64,000 nt of DNA from positions 16,306-80,305 of the IMG/VR virus record IMGVR_UViG_3300025030_000076; one strand, 5' to 3'. This DNA is from a virus. Position numbers and translations under genes: made by a program. Of the stretch, positions 19,546-29,289 are shown one piece after another (position 1 is the first letter of the stretch; each line of letters begins with the position of its first letter). The notes beneath the pieces are model-generated. The model did no database searches. It worked only from the letters and a program-made list of their open reading frames with translations, and was not told the origin of the DNA.

Positions 19546-19692
19546 TTTGTTTCACCTTTCCGTAATAGAACTCAATGCTCGGTAGATTTTCAGCATCGCC
19601 AGTATATTCTTCACCAGTAGTTTTGTAGGCTTCTTCGGCTTCTTCCGCCAGTATATTCGAAACTACTGGATATTCCTCTTCCGCCGCCTCAG

Positions 19693-20418
19693 CTAACGGG
19701 CGGCGCGGGTAGGGTCCGCGTTTTGTCCGTTCATGAGCTCGCCATACATGCGGCGCATGTTCCCGCCGCTAATGTAGTCGAATTTCCCGCTAGCAACTCT
19801 CATGAACGCGTCCCGATCCTTGAACTGCGCCTGGGCCTGCTGTCTGGTCATTCCGGCGCCGGCCAGGAACTCGTCGAGTGTGTGCTGCGGCTGTTGGTCG
19901 GTCTGTGTGTATGCGGGACGCTGATTAGAACCTTTGTTCTTGCCAATCCTGCCATCCTTATTTATATCCTTGCCTGATGCCTCTTCAATGATTTCAAATA
20001 TTCGGTCACCAAACCAGTACAGCAGGAGAGCAAGACCGTGTACAAGCATAATAATTCGGATTGCCAAAATCATGAAGTCATAATCAGCAGGGGTAAGCGC
20101 CCAGCCCATCTTCTTCCAGCCTTCGATTTGCATCCCAAAACCTGCTGTTGCCAATTCTCCGATCAATCCAACGCCGGTCATAATCAAAGCAACCGTCTTT
20201 TGCAAGGAGGTTTCCGCGTCCTTCAAAAGCAAGTATAGGTATACAGCAAATGCGCCCATAGTCAGACCGAAAATCGTATAGGCGATATACCACTTGTCAG
20301 GAGGGGTGATGAAGTTGGCGAAATTCATCGTTTCTGATCCTAAAAGCGCAGCCACCATAACAGCAAGAACTATTTTTAGCGCCAACCCAATCCATTTTGC
20401 CATCGTCATATCTTTCAT
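19693..20418 (-). CDS. Four-TM membrane protein
   Basis: Four hydrophobic segments; DINKDG motif. Confidence 0.75.
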   Translation of the reverse strand: MKDMTMAKWIGLALKIVLAVMVAALLGSETMNFANFITPPDKWYIAYTIFGLTMGAFAVYLYLLLKDAETSLQKTVALIMTGVGLIGELATAGFGMQIEGWKKMGWALTPADYDFMILAIRIIMLVHGLALLLYWFGDRIFEIIEEASGKDINKDGRIGKNKGSNQRPAYTQTDQQPQHTLDEFLAGAGMTRQQAQAQFKDRDAFMRVASGKFDYISGGNMRRMYGELMNGQNADPTRAAR

Positions 20419-20609
20419 GTCATTTCCTTTCCGTTATTCCTGCCAGCCATCTTCGCGATATCTTCGGCTTTCACACCGAACCGCGCCCCGATCTGGACGG
20501 GAGAATATCCCACCAGCACACGGTATTTCAGTTTCTTGCCGAATTTCTCTTCGAACTCAGTCTTGACGCGGGCGGCCTCCCATTGCGTCAAAGGATTTTT
20601 TAAGTCCAT
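20415..20609 (-). CDS. Small HTH-like protein
   Basis: SPVQIGARFGVKAEDIAK. Confidence 0.5.
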   Translation of the reverse strand: MDLKNPLTQWEAARVKTEFEEKFGKKLKYRVLVGYSPVQIGARFGVKAEDIAKMAGRNNGKEMT

Positions 20610-22272
20610 AGTTTCTGCCTTTCTTTTTTATTTATTTTATCAAATCAAATTCCCCCTGTCAATCCCCGCGTGGCTCCTTCATCAGCCCGCCGCAGCGGGG
20701 GCAGGTGGTCATTTCGTAAAATCCGTGTCCCATTCCTCGACACGTATCTCCCACTTGTTGCGCCCGGTATGGACAATGGCAATGGATGCGTTTCCTTCGA
20801 TGGTCACGCCTTCGGAAAACTTCGCGGCCTCTGCGTAGTTATTGGCCGTGACTTCCAAAACCGTGTATGCTTTGCTGTTTGGACGCTTGCCGGTTATGTT
20901 TGCAGCCCCTTTGCCGGTCTTAGCTTTGCGTGTGTCTGTCACCGCAGGGGTCACGCGCTCGCGCTTGTCGTACGGATCGTCCAGGGTCAGCAACTCACAA
21001 GTTATTCCCACAATGTGCCGGAATATGCTCATTTGTGCCTTCCCGCGTCCCACCGAAGCAGGACGATGAACGCGAACAGCAGCACGTATGCCGCGACACA
21101 AATCAAAACGGGGTCTATCATTTCAATTCCTTTCTATGTAATTGACTGATACGTCGCCGTGGCGCCGTGGCGACACAATAGGCCGCCCAAACAACAGCGG
21201 CGGCAAGAAAACAAGCGGCGAGAATGAACGCAATCACGGCTCACGCTCCTTTTCTTCGCGGGCGTGGTCTGCCATCGCGCCCAGCCCAGCCGCAAGCAGC
21301 AGGAACCACACGAACAGCACACCTAAAACAAGTGCGGCAATGTAGATCATTTTGTCAGCCTTCCTTTCTCCTGCAACAAAGGCAGGAATATATTTACAAA
21401 CGTATCCCGCATCGCTTTCCATTCAGGACTACGTATGAGTTCAACCGTCACGCGCTGGCCTGTCACCTTCTCGAAGTCAAGCAGAAACATCGTCATTAGG
21501 AGCGACTTATGCTTGCGCGTCTCAGTGGCGGGAAAGGGGGTGGTCATGGCTTCACCTTCCGGTAGTAGTTCCGGCTCGTCACGACCCGGTATTTATCGCT
21601 CTCGAATTCCACCAGCGCCGAATTCATGCGCCGCCCAAACACAATCACCCTGCAACGCTCCCCGAAACGCTCAGGCAGGCGGGTATGCACGCGCCAGTAA
21701 TACGGGTATATCATTTGCCACGCAGCAGTCTTTCCGCCGCCTCGCGGCAGACTCTAGCCATACCGAAGTCGCCGCATTTCTCGTACAACTGCGCGGCGAC
21801 AATGTAGTCAGTCGCCAGCCCGCTTTTCTGCGCGGCTTCATGAGCGGCATCCGCTTCCTTGTGCAGCATTGTTTCATATCGGGCTATGTTCATGCCAAAC
21901 TCCTTTCTCGGAACGTGCGCCCGTCACGCACAAAACCGGCCTGACGAACGCCGCCGATCTTCTTCGTGAAAATAGGGTAGACATTTTCTTTGTATTCCTT
22001 CCAGCGGCGATTGTTGCGGCATCTGAGACACTTCCCATTTATGTAGTCCGCATGGAAGCACTTGTGGACTGTACTTCGTTTTTGTTTTGCGGGAGGCATG
22101 TCAATCCTTACTTTCTGGCACTAAAAGGTACAGCGCCTTGATGATCTGCGACTGGAACAGGTAGCATCCGGTCTTGCCTTGCGCTATCTGCGCGGCTTCC
22201 GCTTCGTCGTGAACCAGAAACCATCTGTGCCAGCCGTGCGGTAAATCCATCGTCGTGTGTATCGTTGCCATT

Positions 22273-22989
22273 TCATTTTTCCAATCTGGCTGTAAGCCGT
22301 TTCATTTGCTTGCTGAGTTCTGCACTCTCGCCGGTATCAAGCGCTGCGCGCTGGTCATCTTCCAGCAGGTGTTGAGACTGTTCAATAAACTGTGATACTC
22401 GCGGCGTCATCGCCATCTTCATGCGCTCGCGGGCGACTACTTCGCGGTATGCTTCAATAAAGCGCGCTCGGTCTGCTACGGGGTTGTCGGTCAGAATGAT
22501 GTCACGCCCCCCCAGCAGACGCACAGTTTCAGCGACGGCATTATGCCCGTAAATTTCCTGAAAGCCACCAGGACGACAGGACGTACATTCGTCATCATGC
22601 TTGCGTGATTCCTTGACCACCTTCCAGTATTCTTCATTCGCCTTATCCCCGGTTGATCGTGACCTCCAGCCCTCGGCACAAAATACAGGCTCCACATATT
22701 GCCGCGCCGTGAGCACCATTCCCCATGCCTCCGCAGGCGTCGGGATTCCAAGAGCCAGCATTTGCAGTTCCATCGCCTTATCGCGGATTGCGCCAGGAGT
22801 GGGGAAGAAGGGGTTGCCCTCGCTCAAGTATTGGATGGTCGCCGTCTTTATAGTTTCAGCAGGTAGATCACCCAGCACCGCCAGGAACAGGCGTACCGTT
22901 TCGTCAAGTCCGATCTTGTCTGTAATAGGGGAGTTTGGGAGACGCTTGATTAAGTTTACGACTTCTGTTATCTCAAAATGCGTTGCCAT
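22273..22989 (-). CDS. Replicative helicase loader/inhibitor-like protein
   Basis: Follows the initiator; FFPTPGAIR, AEAWGMV and DRARFIEAY motifs typical of G39P-like proteins. Confidence 0.65.
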   Translation of the reverse strand: MATHFEITEVVNLIKRLPNSPITDKIGLDETVRLFLAVLGDLPAETIKTATIQYLSEGNPFFPTPGAIRDKAMELQMLALGIPTPAEAWGMVLTARQYVEPVFCAEGWRSRSTGDKANEEYWKVVKESRKHDDECTSCRPGGFQEIYGHNAVAETVRLLGGRDIILTDNPVADRARFIEAYREVVARERMKMAMTPRVSQFIEQSQHLLEDDQRAALDTGESAELSKQMKRLTARLEK

Positions 22990-23740
22990 ATCCATGTTCC
23001 TCTGCATATTCGCGCATGATTTCGGTGAGGTCAGGCTTGCTGGATTTCCATTTACCGTTTTTATTCATCGCTTCTTGGTTGCCTTGCGCCTTCCAGCGTT
23101 TCAAAATCGCCTCGATGTACTTCCAGTTCCGGACGTTGTTTTTCACGGCTTCTGTAATGGCATCACAGACCCATTTGGGGCCGTAAGTCTTTTCAGCATC
23201 TTCCAAGAAGTCAGCAGATACTTTAGTCAATACACCAATCTCGCGTTGGTAAACTTTGAAAATGTCTTGAGTTACGTCCTCCTCCTCAATCTTTGAAGTA
23301 GTCTCTGCTGTAGTCTCTGTTAAGGAAAGTTCGGATTCGGACGTTCCATCGTCCGTTTTCGCACTTTCCGTTCGTTCGTTTTCAGACGAACGGAGCCAGC
23401 TAATCCACTCGTTTTCTAGAGTTTCCCAAAGGATTAGGTAATGAGTGGTTGGTGCGCCGTTGAATTTCTTTATTTGTGTTTCAGCCACACCCATCAATAC
23501 AAGTGTCTCGGTTGCTTTTCGATGCCCGTATCTGGTAAGACAAAGTTCCTTTTTCCAGTCCTTATCTGACTTTGCTATCCACCCGCCCATTGTTGATCTT
23601 GATGTCCAGTAGAGCAATTGAGATAGCATCATTGCCGCCTCAAGTGATCCTGTGAACTCGACAAACGGGCGGTGAACCGTAATAACATTATCTTGCCCTG
23701 TCATCGAAATAAGGGTTTGAAGTAGTGGGTTCTTGCTCAT
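22973..23740 (-). CDS. Phage replication initiator with DnaD-like C-terminal domain
   Basis: AAMMLSQLLYW wHTH N-terminus; RNWKYIEAILKRW DnaD motif. Confidence 0.85.
   Translation of the reverse strand: MSKNPLLQTLISMTGQDNVITVHRPFVEFTGSLEAAMMLSQLLYWTSRSTMGGWIAKSDKDWKKELCLTRYGHRKATETLVLMGVAETQIKKFNGAPTTHYLILWETLENEWISWLRSSENERTESAKTDDGTSESELSLTETTAETTSKIEEEDVTQDIFKVYQREIGVLTKVSADFLEDAEKTYGPKWVCDAITEAVKNNVRNWKYIEAILKRWKAQGNQEAMNKNGKWKSSKPDLTEIMREYAEEHGYGNAF
23329..23387. repeat. Iteron-like repeats inside the initiator gene (probable ori)
   Basis: GTTCGGATTCGGAC / GTCCGTTTTCGCAC / GTTCGTTTTCAGAC at 22-23 bp spacing. Confidence 0.45.
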
Positions 23741-24645
23741 GTGCTCTCCTGTTCCAGCGCGGCGGCGAGTTCCACGATCTTCGTGATCGGCTGTTTGCAA
23801 ACGATACAGATGTACCCGCCGTGGCCATCACGGTCTACGCCGTGCCTGTTCCGCCAGCCGTGCTCCATGCACCAGAAGGCGCGGGGCGGGCTGATGCGAA
23901 TGCTCTCCATTCGCGTTTTGAGTGTTTGGTCGATATATGCCAACATTGGTCAATCCTTTCTCATGTAGCAAGTCACGCCCACTCGACTAAGCCAAACGCC
24001 TGTTTTCAAGAGACTGCAAGACCCGCTTGCTCGGTGACCTATGCTCCCCTTGCCGCTCGCTAGAATTACGTTGTCGTCGGTAGCGATAAGAGACAACTCA
24101 CACGGCAGGGGTGGTAGCGGGCTGGTAGGGGCTTGTTTGTCTCTGGATGTTCTGCAACTTCGGCATACTTATCGAGAATTGCTAACGGCTATACAGCCCA
24201 AGCACCCTTTCGACCAGCCCGTAATACCTTATGTTTTGCCCCGCCGCTCCGGGGCTGTTGCTGGTGGAACCGCCAGCAGGGTTATGTAGTGGTTCATACT
24301 GGTCGGTGGGGGCGGCGGCCAGCCGGCGGTTGCAATCATCTGTGTAATCTAATCAGATTAGATTTGCCAGCATGCCGCCGGTCACGCTTGTGGCTAAAGT
24401 CCGGGGTCTGCGTCGGAGAAGTCGTCAAACTCTTGGGTGTAGATAGAATATTGCTGCCCAGTTCCCAAGGGATGAACAAGATCGCCATACTCTTCTTCGG
24501 TGATCTCTATCCATAAATTACCAAATGGCGGATCGTCAAAATCCCTTGCTGTTACTTTTCCTGTATCAATATTCATCCAATACATGTCATCCTTCTTTCA
24601 TGTTCGCGCCGGTGGTACGCGGAGTGGCTTAGGTAGTGCGAAGGC

Positions 24646-24849
24646 TCACGGCGTGTTGCCCGCTTCACCGCCATACTCGGCTTGAAGTTTCGCCTGGGCT
24701 TCTTTCAAAAGCGCGATTGCTTCATCAACAGTTTTCGCGCCTGTGATAGTTGCTTCATAGTTGAAACCCTTTGTATTCTTTTCAACTTTTACATTGATAC
24801 GTGCGCCGTCATTATCTGAGTGGTGATAAATATGTTGTTCTTCCATCAT
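24646..24849 (-). CDS. Hypothetical protein
   Basis: AAGAAGGA RBS. Confidence 0.6.
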   Translation of the reverse strand: MMEEQHIYHHSDNDGARINVKVEKNTKGFNYEATITGAKTVDEAIALLKEAQAKLQAEYGGEAGNTP

Positions 24850-24915
24850 GTCCTTCTTTCATGTTTGCCCACCCCAGCGCGGCGAGCCAAGAAACCGCGC
24901 TGGGGGATGATAGGG

Positions 24916-26028
24916 TTATAAAAGTTTTGGGCTTTCCGGTTCTGCGCTCACGGCTTCCATCTGGAAATCATGGGCAAGCACAATCCTGGCGGCTTCGACT
25001 TTCTCGTTCAGGATGGATTTTTCAATCACATAATCGAGTTGCTCTTTGGTCAACTCGCCCATAAACTTCTCTTTGCCGCCTTTGACTTTGACGACAACCT
25101 GCTTCGCTTCGTCGTAGGTCATGGGGTGCAAGTCGGTTTCGGGTGGAAAATCTTTATCCAAATCGCCAGTGATGTCCTCCGGCTCTGCCTGTGCAGACAG
25201 GTCTTGCGTCACCGGAATATCCTCTGCCTCCACGTCAATCGGCTCATCTGCCCTCAATGCTTCCCTGAGTTGCGGAGAGTGTTCGATGCCGCTCTTATCC
25301 GCCCAATTCAAAAGCGCACGCAGGACGGTTTTCATTTCCATCGTGGGGCGCTTCTTTGGGTCTTTCCAGTTTGGGTTTTTTATCTTCCCGTCGTCGTCTA
25401 AATAGTCTTTGACATAGTTCATGGCGTGTTCTTCGATCTCGACGCAGGACATATAGACGGACTTCTCAAACCCCTTCGTGGTCTTGTAGTAGCCAAGCCA
25501 GCCTATTACTTTCTTGCCCTGGTCGCGTCGCACAGTGACATTGCGGGAATATGCGGCGTTATAGGATTGCGGCTGACCCATAAATCCATTTTCCTCCTGT
25601 ACCGCGTGCAGTCCGGTCAATGGGTTTTCAAACACCTGCTGGCCTTCATAGATCGGCGCAACGTTGATGATCCAGTACTTGTTCGTTCGCATAGCGAGGA
25701 AGTAAACCCCAAAATAATGAGGCTGAAATTGCGCTTCCTTGATCCACTTCGGGGTCTGCCCTTTCGGGGCAATGTTTCGATTGCGAGGGATAAGCCATGC
25801 CTGTTTTACGGCGGGGTCACAGGATAAACCGAGAGACGCGGCGCGCAAGGCGGCTCTATGAATGCTCTGCGGCGTGCATTGCATCAAGTCCTCTGTGGAG
25901 GACGCGGCAATGATTACGCTTTGCACATAAGGCGCGGCATCTTTTCCAAGCAGGTTGACAAAATCCTGGAAGTTGTCAGGCTGGCGGAGGTATTCGGTAA
26001 CTGGATTTTTTACGATTGCATTTTGCAT
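24916..26028 (-). CDS. recT: RecT-family ssDNA annealing recombinase
   Basis: CTPQSI..AA.LGL..DP...AWLIP; MEMKTVLR motif. Confidence 0.85.
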   Translation of the reverse strand: MQNAIVKNPVTEYLRQPDNFQDFVNLLGKDAAPYVQSVIIAASSTEDLMQCTPQSIHRAALRAASLGLSCDPAVKQAWLIPRNRNIAPKGQTPKWIKEAQFQPHYFGVYFLAMRTNKYWIINVAPIYEGQQVFENPLTGLHAVQEENGFMGQPQSYNAAYSRNVTVRRDQGKKVIGWLGYYKTTKGFEKSVYMSCVEIEEHAMNYVKDYLDDDGKIKNPNWKDPKKRPTMEMKTVLRALLNWADKSGIEHSPQLREALRADEPIDVEAEDIPVTQDLSAQAEPEDITGDLDKDFPPETDLHPMTYDEAKQVVVKVKGGKEKFMGELTKEQLDYVIEKSILNEKVEAARIVLAHDFQMEAVSAEPESPKLL

Positions 26029-26268
26029 GATGTTTATTCCTTTCTTTCTGTGATTAGGGTTCAATTTCAGGCACACTTGCGAACCACTCCGCCGATCCAA
26101 AGACGGGAGGCGGTTGCGGCGCTCGTGCGGCGGCTCGCTCGGCTCGCTCCCGACTCAATGTGCGGGATAGGTGCGCCCATTCGCTCAGGTTCTCGTCGCA
26201 GTCGTCCGCTTCAAATGCGGCATGTGCGTAGAGTTCCAGGAATATCAACTCGAAATAATCGTTGTCGG

Positions 26269-26607
26269 TCATGATCGCACCGCTTTCAGCAATCGGCGCA
26301 TTCCCTCTGTGTCGTTTGCCAGGATAGCGTCAAAAAACGGGAGGCGTTTTTCAAGTTTGGCACGCTGGGGGTCTGCGTAAATGTGCGCCTTGATCTGCTC
26401 GCGCTCCATCTCGAAGCGGGCGAGTGTCGCCTGATGAGTGGCAGCTTCTTTGGCCTGCCCCGCCTTGAGATAAACAGTTATCCAGCCGCGGAGCGTCTTG
26501 ATCTCTCTGTCGAGAATGTCAAGCTGCTCCTGCGGCGTGATCTCGCGTACAGGAACCTGCGCGAGGGAGATACGTTCGATTGTTTTGGATTTGTAGGGAT
26601 GATACAT
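26269..26607 (-). CDS. Hypothetical protein
   Basis: RBS before MYHPY. Confidence 0.55.
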   Translation of the reverse strand: MYHPYKSKTIERISLAQVPVREITPQEQLDILDREIKTLRGWITVYLKAGQAKEAATHQATLARFEMEREQIKAHIYADPQRAKLEKRLPFFDAILANDTEGMRRLLKAVRS

Positions 26608-26697
26608 TCTTGCCTTTCCGCCCTTTCCCATTTTCCACGAGTTGTGGTAAGATGGAGAAGAGCCTAATCCCGGAGAAGGATGATTGCTCAGTTGCCT

Positions 26698-26724
26698 GCC
26701 CGTCATTCACGTGACGGGCTTTTT
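26698..26724 (+). terminator. Intrinsic terminator (plus strand)
   Basis: GCCCGTCA-ttcacg-TGACGGGC-TTTTT. Confidence 0.75.
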
Positions 26725-26763
26725 CTATTCTATCACCAACATGACGCTGGCGATGTGTTTTGG

Positions 26764-26979
26764 TTACGCTTCCCCTTCCGCCTCCTTATCTGATGGATAG
26801 TATATATTCATCCATAAATTAATTGTTTGGTGGCTAACCCCGATGATCGCCGCGGCCCGTCTCAGCGAGTAACCTTTCTTTAGCAGGCTGCGCGCCCGCT
26901 TTGCATATTCGCGGCGGGTCTGTTCATATTCATTTCCCAGCACGCGGCGGGAGTGGGGGGTGGGGTATTTTTTTTCCAT
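26764..26979 (-). CDS. Cro-like HTH regulator
   Basis: GYSLRRAAAIIGVSHQTINLW helix-turn-helix. Confidence 0.8.
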   Translation of the reverse strand: MEKKYPTPHSRRVLGNEYEQTRREYAKRARSLLKKGYSLRRAAAIIGVSHQTINLWMNIYYPSDKEAEGEA

Positions 26980-26985
26980 GTCCTG

Positions 26986-27014
26986 ATATTACTACGCCTT
27001 GATTGTGTTGTCAA
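26986..27014 (-). promoter_or_regulatory. Leftward sigma70 promoter
   Basis: TTGACA-17 bp-TAATAT immediately upstream of the HTH start codon. Confidence 0.65.
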
Positions 27015-27068
27015 GTAAATTTACTGTCATTTTTGTAACTTCTTTATAAACCAGTTTAGTAAACGCCC

Positions 27069-27098
27069 TTGACAAATTCAATGTTCCTGCTTTATAAT
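27069..27098 (+). promoter_or_regulatory. Rightward consensus sigma70 promoter driving the cassette-array operon
   Basis: TTGACA-18 bp-TATAAT. Confidence 0.8.
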
Positions 27099-27123
27099 CC
27101 TGGTATAGAAAAGGAAAACGCAC

Positions 27124-27390
27124 ATGAACAAATTCGAAGAATTGCATGGTAGTCAAACACAAACTATCGCGGCGCTGGAAGCGGAGAATGCGAAACTGAG
27201 GGAGTTTGTCAGTAAATTTTCTGACAACTTCAGCGATTGTGATTACTGTAATGGCAAAGGCGTTTTTTCGGATGATATGATTGAGTGCCGCGTCTGTAAC
27301 GGGACCGGAAAACACATAACCTCAATTGGTGTGATGTTCGTGGAATTACCTGAAGAAGCCCGCGCCCTTCTCGCCCAGGAGCCAGCATGA
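27124..27390 (+). CDS. Hypothetical protein with DnaJ-like CxxCxGxG repeats
   Basis: CDYCNGKG...CRVCNGTG. Confidence 0.75.
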   Translation: MNKFEELHGSQTQTIAALEAENAKLREFVSKFSDNFSDCDYCNGKGVFSDDMIECRVCNGTGKHITSIGVMFVELPEEARALLAQEPA

Positions 27391-27528
27391 CCCGCCTCAC
27401 CTTCGACCCTCCCTCCGAATCCCCGGACGGCGATCCCGTCTGCCGGATATGCGATCACGAGATGGAGTACAACCCACTCACCCGCGAGTGGGAATGCGTC
27501 CAGGATCACGACGCGCTGGAAAACGAAG

Positions 27529-27723
27529 ATGAAATACCGACCTGATCTCACGGACTACCTGCCTTGCATCGAAGCACTTGCAGATAAATTGAATGAGGAT
27601 GCGATCTACAAAATGAGCAGGACTGATGCGGTAAAAATCGCCCTGGAAAAGGCACTTGAGAAAGTCGTGCCTGATGTTGTAATAAACAAAAAGCGGAAAA
27701 GGTACATCAAGCTGGATTTTTGA
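27529..27723 (+). CDS. Small ribbon-helix-helix-like protein
   Basis: MSRTDAVKIALEKAL pattern. Confidence 0.5.
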   Translation: MKYRPDLTDYLPCIEALADKLNEDAIYKMSRTDAVKIALEKALEKVVPDVVINKKRKRYIKLDF

Positions 27724-27809
27724 AAATGAGTGCGACGATGTACACTCCGCTCATACCCTAGTTAGACCCCTGTCTTGCTGGCAGGGTATCACCCAAAAGG
27801 AGAAAAAAC

Positions 27810-28097
27810 ATGAGCGCAGCAAGTGATTTGATTGAACGAATGGAACGCGAAACAGGTCTGCGGATTGATTCTGATGACCCAAACAATATGGCAATGGCTG
27901 GTTTATTCGGCGCAGTTGCCCGCATGATGGGCAAGTCAAGCCACGATGAGCGCGATGATGTTGTGGCTGGTCTCTTGGTCATGCACCAAATGACCCCAGA
28001 GTATCGCAATGAACAAGAGAGTAAACAAATGATTGCTTCTCTTTTGTCCAGTGGTCTCTCCCCTGATGATATTCGCAATATGTGGGGCGGGGTCTAA
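27810..28097 (+). CDS. Cassette 1 hypothetical protein
   Basis: AGGAG RBS; TAA stop lies in the R'' box GTCTAAC. Confidence 0.8.
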   Translation: MSAASDLIERMERETGLRIDSDDPNNMAMAGLFGAVARMMGKSSHDERDDVVAGLLVMHQMTPEYRNEQESKQMIASLLSSGLSPDDIRNMWGGV

Positions 28098-28182
28098 CAA
28101 ACGCTTGCAGTGGACTTGGCGGTACGGTGTGTCTTTTTGCGAAGGTTACGAACCGCCAAGCCACTAAAGCGAACCGTTCGGC
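28092..28182 (+). repeat. attC-like site 1
   Basis: GTCTAAC..CGCTTGCAGTGGACTTGGCGGT..ACCGCCAAGCCACTAAAGCG..GTTCGGC, with unpaired C and A on the left arm. Confidence 0.9.
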
Positions 28183-28214
28183 GGCTACCTTGCCAGCCGA
28201 GAAGTGAGAAATAA

Positions 28215-28448
28215 ATGGGTATTTATGAATGTAGTTGTTTGCCAGCAAATCTAAGCCCAAGCGGTGAATTTGAGTTGTGCGAAGTTTGCCGCCTGGAAGA
28301 AGAAAACGAAGATGATAACGCCGCCGAACAAAGCCTGCACCTGACGCTTGGGAGTCTGCGCCTAAAAAAGCAGTTTCCAAGCCGAAAGTTTTATCCACAT
28401 CTCAAACCTTATCCAAGCCCACCAAGCGCAGGTAAAGCACACCGTTAG
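28215..28448 (+). CDS. Cassette 2 Cys-containing protein reading through attC
   Basis: ORF track; stop lies in the R' GTTAG. Confidence 0.65.
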   Translation: MGIYECSCLPANLSPSGEFELCEVCRLEEENEDDNAAEQSLHLTLGSLRLKKQFPSRKFYPHLKPYPSPPSAGKAHR

Positions 28449-28450
28449 GT
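28323..28450 (+). repeat. attC-like site 2
   Basis: GCCGAAC..CCTGCACCTGACGCTTGG..CCAAGCGCAGGTAAAGC..GTTAGGT. Confidence 0.85.
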
Positions 28451-28455
28451 GGCTT

Positions 28456-29082
28456 ATGGCTAAATTTGATACGAAGTTTGCACACGCAAGAGAAGATTGG
28501 GAAACTCCCGATAGTATCTTCAAACCGTTGGAGGCTGAATTTGACATCGTGATTGATGTTTGTGCTTCCGAGCATAACAAGAAGTGTTCACTAAGATATA
28601 CCATTGAGGAGAATGGTCTTTTGCAAGATTGGTCACAGTGGCATGCGTGTTGGATGAACCCGCCATTTGGTCGGCAATCTGTGTGGGTCAAAAAGGCTTA
28701 CACGGAAAGCCTGCGAGGAGCAACGGTTGTCTGTCTACTTCCTGCCCGCACTAATACTAATTGGTGGCACGACTTTTGCATGAAAGGCACGGTTCGCTTT
28801 TTGCGTGGTCGTCCCATCTTTGTCGGAGCCAAACATGGTTTACCCCAGCCGTTGGCTGCTGTGATGTTGAGCGCCAGTGTGCTCGCGGCCGCATTGGTCA
28901 GGGTCAGAATGTTTGTGGCGGGTGGGATGATTGCCGCCGCCGTGATGTGCATTGTCATATTCCAGCCACCTAACACATGCGTGCAGTCGGACGGGGCTTA
29001 CTGTGCGTGCAAAGAAGGGTTATCCTTCACGGTGGCGAATGGCACAAATTATTGTCTTGCGTGCGGTCAGCCCCGCCGCTAA
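28456..29082 (+). CDS. Cassette 3: phage-type DNA N6-adenine methyltransferase with a 31-aa insertion
   Basis: WETP, DVCAS, WMNPPF, LPARTNTNWWH, FLRGR. Confidence 0.85.
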   Translation: MAKFDTKFAHAREDWETPDSIFKPLEAEFDIVIDVCASEHNKKCSLRYTIEENGLLQDWSQWHACWMNPPFGRQSVWVKKAYTESLRGATVVCLLPARTNTNWWHDFCMKGTVRFLRGRPIFVGAKHGLPQPLAAVMLSASVLAAALVRVRMFVAGGMIAAAVMCIVIFQPPNTCVQSDGAYCACKEGLSFTVANGTNYCLACGQPRR

Positions 29083-29097
29083 CGCAAGCCGTTAGCT
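28968..29097 (+). repeat. attC-like site 3
   Basis: ACCTAAC..GCGTGCAGTCGGACGGGGCT..AGCCCCGCCGCTAACGC..GTTAGCT. Confidence 0.9.
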
Positions 29098-29120
29098 GGC
29101 ACTTTGCAAAGGATGTAATT

Positions 29121-29285
29121 ATGAGTATTGTCAGACCGCACGGAAGCAGTACCAAGATTTTTCGTGAACTACGTAAAACAAGATGTATTTTTTGTGGGTT
29201 CGGCGTGAAACTTGTTGTCAGGAAAACTGGCAACAAAGTCGAGAAAGTATGTCCGAAGTGTGGCAGGAAGTTTCAGAGGTCATGA
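29121..29285 (+). CDS. Cassette 4 zinc-ribbon protein
   Basis: CIFC...CPKC. Confidence 0.65.
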   Translation: MSIVRPHGSSTKIFRELRKTRCIFCGFGVKLVVRKTGNKVEKVCPKCGRKFQRS

Positions 29286-29289
29286 AGCG

